From NCBI GenBank assembly GCA_003971905.1, contig RSEE01000045.1, forward strand, positions 434,001-498,000: a stretch of 64,000 nt of DNA. Reading direction: 5' to 3'. Positions 39,690 through 50,679 of this stretch are shown piece by piece (within the stretch, counting starts at the first letter, position 1; every line of letters starts with the position of its first letter). The position numbers were made by a program, and so were the translations under genes. The notes under the pieces were generated by a model. That model had not been told where the DNA came from. It searched no databases and saw only the letters and a program-made list of their open reading frames with translations. The stretch comes from Moniliella sp. 'wahieum'. Lineage: Eukaryota.

Positions 39690-40310
39690 CCGTCACAGTC
39701 AATTAGTCACTAGTCCCTAGTGGCTGCTTCAATGTCACATGTCACGTGTCACTAGATCACATGTCACATGTCAGATCGACTGTGGCGTCGGCGCCAACGG
39801 CCCCAGGGGTTACCGGTTAGGGATTAATGCATGTTAATGCTTAACCGGTTAGGCCGAAGGCCTAAGGCCGTTACGGTATAAACGGTGGCAATAAAAACGA
39901 CCCCCCTTTCACGGACTCCGTCTGCTTCGAGCGGCCCAGGATGCAGGATCTCATGCTAAGCTTTCATGCTTTAACGTTTAATGTTTAACGTTTAACGTTT
40001 AACCTAGAGCAGGAAGCGCTTCAAGCTTCTGAGATATAGTAACCATCCCTATAGAGTAAACACTAAGCATTAGTCACTAGTACCGAGTAAGTCACTAATG
40101 ACCTAGTGACGCTCACTAGTCACTATTGGTAACTGTGCGGGGAAATTATAAAGGGTATAATCAGTAACCGATTACGGTAACCGACAACCCTCCCTAAAAC
40201 TCAGAGCGGCCGAGGCCTGCTGAGCCAACAGGCTGGGGCTCAGCTTGAGGCCGGAGTGCCTACTGAGCCAGGCCCTGAGCGCTGAGAGTCTCAGCGGCTC
40301 AGGACCGCGC
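39690..40310. repeat. Densest cluster of [TNA][4-bp palindrome] micro-arrays
   Basis: Arrays at 39735-39777, 39810-39819, 39842-39869, 39971-40001 and 40113-40122 (written out in findings). Confidence 0.85.
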
Positions 40311-40369
40311 CAGGTCGAGCCTTCCCAGCTATACGAACCCCCAAACTGAAGCCGCGAGTGCTCGTTGTC

Positions 40370-40635
40370 GAGCCACCCGGTGGCTCGTGTGTTTGGTGGC
40401 CAAAAGGACCCTACGTCCTGAGCTCCTTAGGCCTAGGAGCTGCGTCATTTTCCTGCTTCTATCCTCCCTTTGTTCCTCAGCTACTAACGCACCTTGGTGG
40501 TGAGACCGGCTGTTTGATGTTCCTCTGTATAGGCATTGTTTTTGGTTCGTCGCTTAGACCACTGCAATATTTACCAATTAGACATCTCCACTAGTGCGAT
40601 TGTATAACCGTCGGGGACCATCCGGACTTCAGGGT
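40370..40635 (+). repeat. Dispersed repeat family A, copy 3
   Basis: GCCACCCGGTGGCTCGTGTG...GACCGGCTGTTTGATGTTCCTCTGTA...GCTTAGACCAC...AGTGCGATTG...GGGGACCATCCGGAC. Confidence 0.7.
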
Positions 40636-42007
40636 CTCATTATAGAGGAACAGCTCTTTTCGCTCATCCAGAGTGAGTACCAGTGAGCAGCGCCGGTGAT
40701 CGCCCGGCAGCACTCACTGTACTCACTATTCCCATACCCTTCGTCCTGCGTATTTCGTCAGCCACTGATGAGCGCCACTCCGCACTGTAATATGTACTCT
40801 GTAACCATCAGCGCCTTCTGAAATCGGGCTAGGCCGAAGCCCTCCTCCTTCCGTCTCGTTTCCCTACAGAACGATTCACCTCTTCGAACGTGCTTCTCAG
40901 TTGGCCCAGGATCAGTTCAGCCAATACCAAACTATTAACCATTCATCAGACAGAGGCCTATAAGGTGGCCATCAAAGCCAAAGGCGACATGTTTTCGCGA
41001 TTTTCTGCAGTACCTATTATATACATGTTATTCCCAACCGACGTTCTCATTCGACCAAAAGATCGCGAAAATGGTCGGCGAAAAGACACGAGACGCGTGT
41101 ACTACTACCCATGGATATGTTCTCCCAAAAGCATTTCTCGCGTGTCAATTCAACGAGGTGAGTGACTTGTTCTATACGGTGTTTTGTTGGATTTGCGCTA
41201 TTCATATTGGCACTCCCCTCCCCTGTCATAGGGGGCTAATCCCACAGGACCCGACAAGGAGGAAACTAAGGAGAACACCATGAGGGGAATGGGGAAAATC
41301 GTTTGAGGAGTGAAGCCACAGCGTTAGCCGTTGAAAATAAGGAAAAAGCGAAGACTAAAAAGGAGTTTTAATTGGGGGATACGACGAAAACGATGGAAGA
41401 GAACCAAGAATAGAGCATTCGTCTCTTCTTTATTTACGCACCCCATCTGTCCAGCCGCAACGCTCTACGGATGCACACTACATCAGAACGCCAGTGATAA
41501 TATTAGGAGGGCCACACTGCCAGGGAGATTCGACCCGACAACACCGCTCCCCGCCGGCAAATGACGAGGGGAGAAAAGAGGACAGAATGGATACAAGAAA
41601 GAGGAAGAGAAGAGGAGAGGAGAGGAGAGAGATGAGAGGAGAGGTGAGGAGATTTATCCACGCGTTTGGCATCAACATTTAGTTATTCCATCCTTCCATC
41701 AGGATGCTACACGATAGGAGGCGCCAGCGTGCTTCCGTTCGATTCGACTCCCCCCCCCCCCCCCCCCCTCCTGGCTCTACACGAGAGCTCCGGTGCCTCG
41801 AATCAAACCTTTTGAAGTAGTAGGTATAGTAAGCAGGAACACTTGCCCAAAGACATGTTGATCACTGGATGCAGAAGAGTTCGGGGACCACTTCGGGAGT
41901 CCGTCTCCCTGAATATAGCAGGCTATATAGCCCTTATGTGCCAGAAAATGTGGCAATCTAATTGTGGTCACCAGAATGTGGACAAGCGACACTACATCCT
42001 ACCGGCT

Positions 42008-42380
42008 TGCGCTCGACGAAAAATCCAAAAGACTATATGCATGTTTTTCCACTCGGGTTTTAGTCTCGTTTCTTGTCTAGGATCCGCTTTGCCCTTGATC
42101 CTCGCCTCGTCTCTCACTTCGAGCCTCTTGTGCTTGGTCCTCACTTTTTCTCCTTGACTCGTTTCCCCTTTCGCTGTAGACCTGTTGTTCTTTCCTTTTT
42201 TATTGTTCCCCTTCTCTTCTATAAAACCTATGCCCAATTCGGATGGCCTAAGCCGCCCACCCTTCTTTTCCTCTCACTCTTCTTCTAGGTGACTCCACTC
42301 TACAAGAACCACCTTTCCGATCAGCTCGCTTGCCCTCTTTCTTCTATCGGAGCTCCCCGCTTGCTCGTCCGACCCCTAAC
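42008..42380 (+). repeat. Dispersed repeat family B, copy 2
   Basis: Diverged match to 27637-28015. Minus-strand ORFs 27618-27866 and 41992-42237 share FIEEKGN..KGETSQ because of this DNA similarity. Confidence 0.8.
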
Positions 42381-42879
42381 GTGAACCTTGTCCTTGCAGA
42401 CACTGCCTGGCTCTGTCCGACGAACAATAATGCACCAGCATCTCTCCGGCTAGCATCCCATCGCACTGTCCACTCTTGACTCGTCCACGTTTGTAACCTT
42501 TTTTTGGTACCTTGGCATGCTCCACATGATCCCACAAATTTGGACCACTCTCTTCCTTCTCCCTTTCCTTATTAATATTGACTACGCGCATGAGACGAGG
42601 AGTGCACTCCTATTTCGGGGGTTCCCTTGACGCCGAAAAAGGACGGGACTTGGTCGGCCACGCATCCTTATCGAGGATGTTCTTGCTGCCATGCGTGTCG
42701 GCTAACGAATTGTGACTCTCCGAAGGTGAATCTCTATACTGAATACCTGTATCATCGACCGATGGGGCTTACAAGGAAACGCTGAGCCTCAACCGACCTC
42801 CCAAAGGAATCGCGAGCAGAGCAGGACCCTCTGGTACCCTTCATCCGTTCCCATATACCCAAGGCAGCGTGTGTGGCTA

Positions 42880-43300
42880 CCAATGAACGTGGTGGGCACC
42901 CGAGCGGTGAACCATATCCATTGTGACTCGGTATTTTATTCTTTCCAGATCCCAAACATCTTGCTCGCCCCGTCTTGATGGCATAGTACTCTGGCATCGT
43001 CGGAATCAAAGGGAAGAAGGGTTCTTGGGAGCGTCCCAGATACTTGGCGTTATTTTGTTGCATTCAGTTGTTTTCCAACAGTTTAAGCAGCCCCTTCTCT
43101 CTCGGGTTCCAATGGTGCACATTGCTCTCGTGTACCACCCTCCGTACGCTAACTTTGCCTCTCGTGTTCCCGAGGAGTCTTCCAACGTGTGGTCCACCTC
43201 CATTCCTGATCCTCCGAATGATCCAGGTCAGATCCCAAGGGTAATAACCTTTCTCGGGATCATCGTGAAGCTTCTGTAGTTTTGCTGAGGGCGATGACGT
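42880..43300 (-). mobile_element. Possible decayed Ty3/gypsy pol fragment
   Basis: Stop-interrupted minus-strand text WNPREKGLLKLL...LGRSQEPFFPLIPTMP...KNKI loosely resembles the pre-RT segment of basidiomycete gypsy elements as I recall it. It lies next to repeat B. Confidence 0.3.
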
Positions 43301-44526
43301 ACTTGATGAACACTGCTGTCCGTCCCCTCGGCTTGACAGCTGATCGCGCTAGGCCCCTCCGCAAATTGCCCACGGATGCATCCTTTATGCCTTGGACAAG
43401 TCCTACTCGATGTCATGTTCTGGGAAAAGGTGGTATTCGTGTACAGCGTTCAGGTGTGGCGGAATATCATGACACAAAACCAACAAGGAGTGAGCCAAAC
43501 ACTGCCGCTTTTGAGAATATTTGGCCATGCATCAGGCGACGAGAACTCCGAGCGCAATATCTGTTGCGCGTAACATTCTTTGTGAGCTGAGTATCGTCTT
43601 CGTACCACATACAATCCATCCAGCTATTCGTTGACAACATTGTAGCCAAATCTCTTGCCGAGAAGCCCGGCAGTCTGCATAAGATCCCCGAGATTGACCT
43701 TCTGGCTGCGGAACAATAAGGAGATCACAGAAGCGAAAAAAAAAAAACATCAGAGTTCCTAGTAGGCTTGAGGAGGGACAGAAGGGATCTTGGCCAAACG
43801 TACGAGTCCCCCCACCCCCGGTAGCTCAACATTCCCCCGGGCCAAAGAACCAAAGGTGACTTCTCCATATAAACCAAGAAACGTTAAGAAGGGACCAATG
43901 AAACCAGAACAAAGGGGAAGGGCCAAATAGAATTGCTGACGGTCTCCATGATCTCCCCTTTTATACAGAGAATCCCGAAGAATACGATCTGCGTTGCTTG
44001 TGTTGCCAACACCGCTTGTTAGCTCCTTTAACCGGAAAGGATATATTGCCCTGTCTCTCTTCGTTGTGTAATAATACCGTGCGATGCGGGAATGCCATCC
44101 CTCGCTGCTGTGGCTCTGGCTGCAGCAGATGATACATCACGTGACGTGCCATGCGGCGAGGCGGAGATACGGTGTTGCACCGACCTCACCCTGTCAGATC
44201 TCACCGCCTCCCCGAGACAGCATGACGCATGCGTCGCGCGCCGGCCACTGCCCCCGTGGCAGCCATCCGTTGGAAGCTGCTCGAAGCGTGGCGGGCGGCG
44301 GTACCCCGGCACGGGGGCAGTGGACTGGCCGCCACCCCGCCAGTGCTCTTCTGCCGCCGTTCGGGGCTTCCCGCACTGGGCCTTCGGCCACAGTCGATTG
44401 CACCCGCTCCTCCTTATTTCCTCCAGCGCACACGACAGCCACCGCATCCCCGTCAGTGTCACCACCTCTACCACCACCACCACCACTCTCGCACCGCGTA
44501 TACCCACACACCATCGCACTCCTATC

Positions 44527-45797
44527 ATGGTCAAGTGAGTATCCCCCCTCCCCCCCGTCTCCGCCTCCTGTGCGCGCAGCGCTGACCCGTGCTGCTCTCC
44601 AGGGAAACCAAACTCTACGACATCCTTGGTGTCGCGCCCGACGCTTCTGAGGCCGAGCTCAAGAAGGCCTACCGCAAAAAGGCCCTGTCGGCCCACCCGG
44701 ACAAGGGCGGCGACCCGGAAGCGTTTAAGGAAATCACTTCCGCCTACGATGTCCTGTCCGATTCGGAGAAGCGCGACCTGTACGACCGCTTTGGTGAGGA
44801 GGGCCTCAAGGACGGCGGCGCATGGGCGGCATGGACCCCTGACCTGTTTTCTCAGCTCTTTGGCGGTCGTGGCGGCATGTTCGGTGCTGGGTCTGGCCGT
44901 CCGCAGGGCCCGCGGAAGGGCAAGGACCTTGTGCACCGCATCAAGGTCTCGCTCGAGGAGCTGTCAATGGCAAAACGACCAAGCTTGCGCTGCAGAAGCA
45001 TGTGATTTGCAAGGCTTGCAAAGGTTTGGGTGGCAAAGAGGGTGCGGTTAAGACTTGCTCCGGCTGCCATGGCCAGGCGTCAAGTTTGTCATGCGCCAGA
45101 TGGGTCCGATGATCCAGCAGCTTCAACAGACCTGCCCCGACTGTGACGGCACGGGAGAGATCATTGATCCCAAGAACAAGTGCAAGGTGTGCAATGGCAA
45201 GATGACGCCTGAGCGCAAGGTGCTTGAGGTTCGGATTGACAAGGGTATGGAAATGGTCAACAGATCACGTTTAAGGAGGAGGCCGACCAAGCCCCGAACA
45301 CCATCCCTGGTGATGTGGTGATTGTGGTGGATGAAAAGCCTCACCCCCGCTTTAAGCGGAGGAAGAACGACCTGGTGACGGATGTGCAGATTGACCTCCT
45401 TACCGCTCTTGGTGGGGGGCAGGTCAACATCCCCCACCTCGACGACCACGCGTTGGCGATTGAGATTCGCGCGGCGAGGTGGTGAAGCCGGGGAGACTAA
45501 GGTCCTGCGTGGACAGGGTATGCCCTCTTATCGACACCACGAGATGGGCGACTTGTACGTCAAGTGTCTGTCACGTTCCCCGACTCGATCCCGGAGGACA
45601 AGATTGCCTTCTTGGAGAAGGCGCTGCCGCCTCGCGCAGCGCCGGAGAATGTGGGCAAAGACGTTGATCTCGAGCCTGTCGTGATGGAGCACATGGACGA
45701 GCGCGAAGAACGCAACGCGCGGGCAACCAATGGCGATGTGGATATGGACGAGGATGAGGATGGGGCTGGGCCGCAGGTTCAGTGTGCCCAATCCTAA
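44527..45797 (+). CDS. YDJ1: Type I Hsp40 (Ydj1/Mas5) with a CAAX box
   Basis: [13 protein letters not shown] (intron 44535-44602), HPDKGGD, G/F region, four CxxCxG zinc repeats, [11 protein letters not shown]-terminal VQCAQS*. Frameshifted. Confidence 0.95.
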
Positions 45798-46163
45798 GTC
45801 CTCCCCCGACCTGATTTGCCCTCTATTGTAGCCCTTTCCCCTTTATCCCTAACTCACAACGGGCGATGTCTATTCTTGGGATCTCGTGGCTCTCCATTGC
45901 CTCCGTCCTTCCAATCCCTTTCAATCCGGATCTGCCCCCACCTCCCCTCAATTCCCTTGTATGCATCTTCCCAGTTTCTGTACTCTTGGCATGTGACCAC
46001 CCGACGGACAATGACTAGCATCGCCCCCTTCTCACCTCTGCAACGAGGACATAGTATACTTATAGAACAGGATAGAACAGGAAGCTCACGGCAAAGTGGA
46101 TCATATTACTTGGGCGGGGGTGAGCAGAGATCAGCCCGACACGGGAGGGGGAAGCTACCCGAT

Positions 46164-46658
46164 TGATCACATAAGGGCGCGTGCCACACCCGCTCACACC
46201 CCAAGGATCGTGTTTATCCTCTGGTCGAATGCTTCGATCCGGATCGGCATCTCGGGCGTGTAGAACGGGTTGCGCATCACTGTATCCGCATACGCTTCGT
46301 AGCATCCTTGAAGCAGCGTCGGCGGCGCTGGTGCAGCACGGGCACCGGCACCGCATCCGCCCCGGGCCGCGGGGTGAATGACAAACTTGACGCCCGTCGG
46401 GTCGCCAGCAGGCCAAATCAAAGTCCGACGCTTGGAGTTGGGTCATGCCCCCGTCCCCTCCTGTCGCAGCAGCAGCAGCGTGTGTGGCGCGCGCCTTCTG
46501 CGCTGCCGCTTCGTCCGCGCAAGACGCGCCGTGATGGCGTGCACGCCATGCAATGTGCCAGCCAAGACGAGGGCGTCGTTGGATGACAGGTGCGGCTGCG
46601 GTCGCCCACCGGTGTAGATCAGCCCACCGGCCTTGTTGATGATCCAGAGTGTTGCCAT
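46164..46658 (-). CDS. TRS23: TRAPP complex subunit Trs23/TRAPPC4 (sybindin-like)
   Basis: MATLWIINKAGGLIY...LSSNDALVLAGTLHGVHAIT, PTGVKFVI, YEAYADTVMRNPFYTPEMPIRIEAFD. 3' end approximate. Confidence 0.9.
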
Positions 46659-46835
46659 GGCGCAGCGGGGGAAGGAGAGATGGTGGTAGTGGCTGGGCAG
46701 GCAGACGGCTGAGCGCTGAGTGTGGTGGAGTGGAGGCGGCGGCGAAGGGCCAAGCCAAGGCTACAACGTGGCAATGGGTCGCAGAACGAATGCGTAAGCG
46801 CCTATTGTTAAGCACACCCGGACCCTCAATCACTT

Positions 46836-46917
46836 CGGTACGTGGTGTGGTATCATGCTTCCTTTGGGTATAGCTCCCCCATGGAAGAGGTCCTCGGTTC
46901 AATCCCGGGCGTACCCC
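46836..46917 (+). tRNA. tRNA-Pro(TGG) with an intron
   Basis: CGGTACG TGGTGTGGTATCATG CTTCC TT TGG G [intron] T GGAAG AGGTC CTCGGTTCAATCCCGGG CGTACCC C, then a T-run. The first base and D-loop deviate, probably through indel errors. Confidence 0.82.
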
Positions 46918-47773
46918 TCCTTTTTGTTTTTTTTTCGGGTGCGCCACTGGAACCACACCAGGGCTTAGCAGTCACAGCCATTGCGCCCGCTGTGGGTAAT
47001 AATTGCTCACACGTCCTGCGGCTGCGAGGCTAAGCGGTTCTCGCGCCCGGCCCAGCACCGACAGCTGATGTGGGAACGGGGCGGAAGCAGCAATAAGGGA
47101 ATGTGGGACGGAGGATACACCGCCGCTGATGTCATGAAGAATGATGCGATGATACGGGTGGTTTCTATGGGCCTTGGCCGAGACGATGAGCGTGGCGGTC
47201 GACAGTCCCAAATGCGCGCTACCCCTGAACCTCCTAGGCCCCGTGCTGGGATCTGGGAACGGATCCGGGACGCATGAACCATGGGGGAGCATGGGCGGCG
47301 CTGCGGTGGAAGGGGCTGAAGATGGAGATTTCACAGCCTGCGCCCTAGTGTCATGGGGTGCGTGGCAAAGACGCGGTGAAGCGTCGCGCTGCGAGCATCT
47401 GGGATTGCCGCGCATCATGTCTATAGCAGGTCGTAGGCCGCGCCGGTGAGGGATGGGGACGAGGACAGCGGGACAGAGCTGATTGCGATCAGACAGTAAA
47501 TCTGTGCCGGGGGGCGGTGCGAAATGCGCGTCTAGTACTATTACAGTGCGGCGTGCAAAACACAGTGTGTGTCTCTATGTTGATCGGCTGACAGGGTTGG
47601 AGATGGAATCGGACCTGGGCAGATTCAATGGGCTACGTATGCTGTGGGCGAGAGGGATGCTGGTGGAGGGGACAATAAGGGGGGAAGGGTGTCGTCGCCA
47701 TAGTATACATGTGGCAAGGGGGGTGCTGCCGCGCGGCAGGGGAGGGAGATGGGAGGTGTTGGGGATATAGCGG

Positions 47774-50498
47774 CTACAGGCTGCGGCCCATGTCACGCAG
47801 GACGGTGCGCTGCTTCTGGAGCTGCATCGGCCGGAAGCCGTGGAAGGCCATGGTGAACGTGCCTCCGCCCGCGCTGAGGGCGCGCAGGCGCGACGAGTAC
47901 GCCACCAGGTTGCTTAGCGGCGCCCGCGCCAGAATCACCGACTTGTCGCCCGATTGCGACAGCGTATCCCCGGCCGCAAGCGAGGTGTGGATGAGCTCGG
48001 GGGCAGGTAGACCTGGTCCAGCGCCTTGGCCGTCCCCACCGCCCCGTCACCGCCCGCCACCTGGGCAATGTCAACCACTTCGCCCTGCTGCGCGCCCGTC
48101 AGGTCGCCCACCACTGCCCCCACCGCCCCCGAGGGGAGCGCGACGGTGACGTCCATGTAGGGCTCGAGCAGAACCGGCTCGCCCTTCTGCAGAGCAGAGC
48201 GGATGGCACGGCTGACACACGCCTGCAGCGCAGCTGGCGGTGTCATTTCCTCCCCAAACGTCTCGACGCTGTGCACACGCACCTTGACCTTCACCACCGC
48301 ACTCCCACTCAGCGGCCCACGCAGCAGAGCCGCACGCACTCCCGCCCGAAGCGCGCGTTCGACCCGTGCCACAGGAGTCAGCGTCCAGCTCATCGGCTTC
48401 GTCGGCGGGGTCTTCGCTGGTTTCGGCCAAGTTGGCATCAGTAAGATCAACCTCCACCACGTTTTCACTGCTGCGAGCGGCGGCGGCGGCCGTGGCCTCG
48501 TCTACGTCCTCGGGTTCGGGCAGCGGTTCAATCTCCACCACACACGCCGCCTTCATGGGACGCCCGCCGATCGGACGGTCGAGAGCTGAGCCTGCTGGAC
48601 CGGCTGCTGGATCGTCTCACGGTACGAAACGCGAATGTCACCCAACGAAGCACGTGCCTTGAACTCGTCGCGTAACCTGCCCCTGGCAATGTCCAGGTGC
48701 AGTTCGCCCATGCCACTCAGGGTCGACTGGCCACTGCCCGCACCGTCGCCCGAGATGGACTGGTCATCGAGCCTGAGGGAAGGATCGGTCCGTACCAACA
48801 TTGCCAAGGCCGTCTGCAAGTCCTTTTCATCCGCCTTGCCACGCGGTGCAATCGACATGCTAAACACGGGCGGCGGGATGGTGATACGGGGCAGCTCAAG
48901 GCTACGCAGCGCCATCGGAGGCGCTTGGGCGTGGGACTTCTTGGATCCTTTGACCGCCAGCGCTTGTTTCTCATCAATCAATGTGTCTCCCGTCGCTGTC
49001 TCCGACAGGCCGACCACCACGCCAATTTGACCGGCTTGCAACGAATTCACTTCCACGTAGGCATCGGCATAGGGAAGGAAGATCTTGGACATTCGTTCGC
49101 GTGTCTGGGTACGGGTGTTGAAGAGGGTGCTGGACGACAGCAGCGTGCCACTGTACACGCGCACAAACGTTTGCACACCCATCTGCGGGGTCCAAACCAC
49201 CTTGAACGCCAACAGGCTGAGATAGGGATCGGTACGGGCGACAACGAATGACTCCCGGGCAGGAGGTTGGGTCGCCACCGCATTTCGTGCAGCGCGTTTC
49301 TCTTTGGCCGACTTGGGCGCCTCGAGCAGCGGAAGGCCCGTTGCCTGCACCGGGGGACGGTCGGCGGGAGAAGGAAGAAAGTCGGCAATACCATCCAACA
49401 AGGGCTGGATGCCAATGTTGCGTGCACCCGAGCCGCAAAAAACGGGAACAATGCTGCCGGTCAACACTTGGCGCCGAATGGCCCGGCGTAGGCTCGGTTC
49501 CGACACGCCCATGCTGTCCATCTCATCTGCCATCAGCATCCTCCAGCAACTCCTCATCCACCCAGCCACCGTTTCGACCAGCGCAGCGCGCGCCTCGGAC
49601 GCCGACGCATACGCCACGTCGTCCTCGTGCAGCGGCGCACGGCTTACCACCTCCCCAGCCGGCCCAGCGAACGTCAACCGCTCCATCCGCATCACATCCA
49701 CCACTCCCGTCAGCGAGACATCCATGCCGGTCGTGGTATAATCAGGGAGGATGAGGGCAACCGGTCGTGGGTGAAGGCCTTTGGCCACAAAGGAGATGAG
49801 GCTGCGCCGCAACGAGCTACCGGGACGATCGAGCTTGTTGACAAAGAGTAGGTGGGACTTGACCCCGTACCGTTGCGCTTGCGCCCACACGCCTTCCGTT
49901 TGTGCCTCGGCGCCCTCGACACCATCGAGGATGACCACCGAGCCATCCACCACCCGCACCGCGCGCTCCACCTCAATGGTAAAATCAATGTGGCCCGGGG
50001 TGTCGACGAGACTGATCGCGGCGCGGCCGCCGCCTTCTCGCGACCAAAACACCGGACCCACGGCAGCGCTTTGGATGGTGATGCCCCTTTCGCGCTCGGC
50101 CTCGAGGAAATCGGTGATGGTGCTGCCCTTGTCCACGTCGCCGGGGGCGCCAGCGGCAGAGATGGCGCCCATGGGGCGCTGGGTCAAGTGCAAGATGCGT
50201 TCGGTGCACGTCGTTTTGCCAGCATCAATGTGGGCTATGATGCTAATGTTGCGAATCTCGTCGGGCTTTTCGATGCGCAGCTTGCGGTCTGCCACGGCCT
50301 GGGCCGGGCGGACGTGGTGAGGGCGCGGAGGGAGACAGGGACAGAGACGGCGCGAGCGCTGGGCACGCGCAGGTGGCGAGGGCGGAAGGGCGAGCACGCG
50401 CGGAGCGATGGTGGTGGTGAGGTCGGCGGCGGGGCCAGTGGGGGCCCCGCATGGCGGCGGAGGCTCACGCAGGTGGGCAGGCGCGGGAGGATGCGCAT
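47774..50498 (-). CDS. MEF2: Mitochondrial ribosome-releasing factor 2 (EF-G2mt)
   Basis: Presequence MRILPRLP.., IRNISIIAHIDAGKTT, GDVDKGSTITDFLEAERERGITIQSA, DTPGHIDF, NKLD, LSGMGELHLDI, VSYRET, LLEPYM, and ending FTMAFHGF...GRSL*. Confidence 0.9.
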
Positions 50499-50679
50499 GG
50501 AGGCAGAGACGGAAGGTGGGCTGCACTTGGTAAACAACACATCCGTTCTTCCTGCGGCGGAAGAGGCAGCCAGAACAAGCCGGCTTCAACTTTCAAACCA
50601 GCTGCCTCGACCCATCAACATCAACCCCATCAACATCATCCCCATCGACCCCACCCACACCTCGCCGCGCTTGGCTGCC

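Noticed and set aside
39690..40310. Arrays as a CRISPR locus, polylinker or telomere seed
   Set aside because: No constant 20-40 bp repeat with unique spacers and no cas genes. The motifs recur in many native intergenic regions, and only an isolated TTAGGG is present.
41749..41768. Long poly-C tract
   Set aside because: A simple homopolymer whose length is unreliable in this assembly.
44028..44936. 302-aa minus-strand ORF
   Set aside because: Antisense to YDJ1, with no independent protein features.
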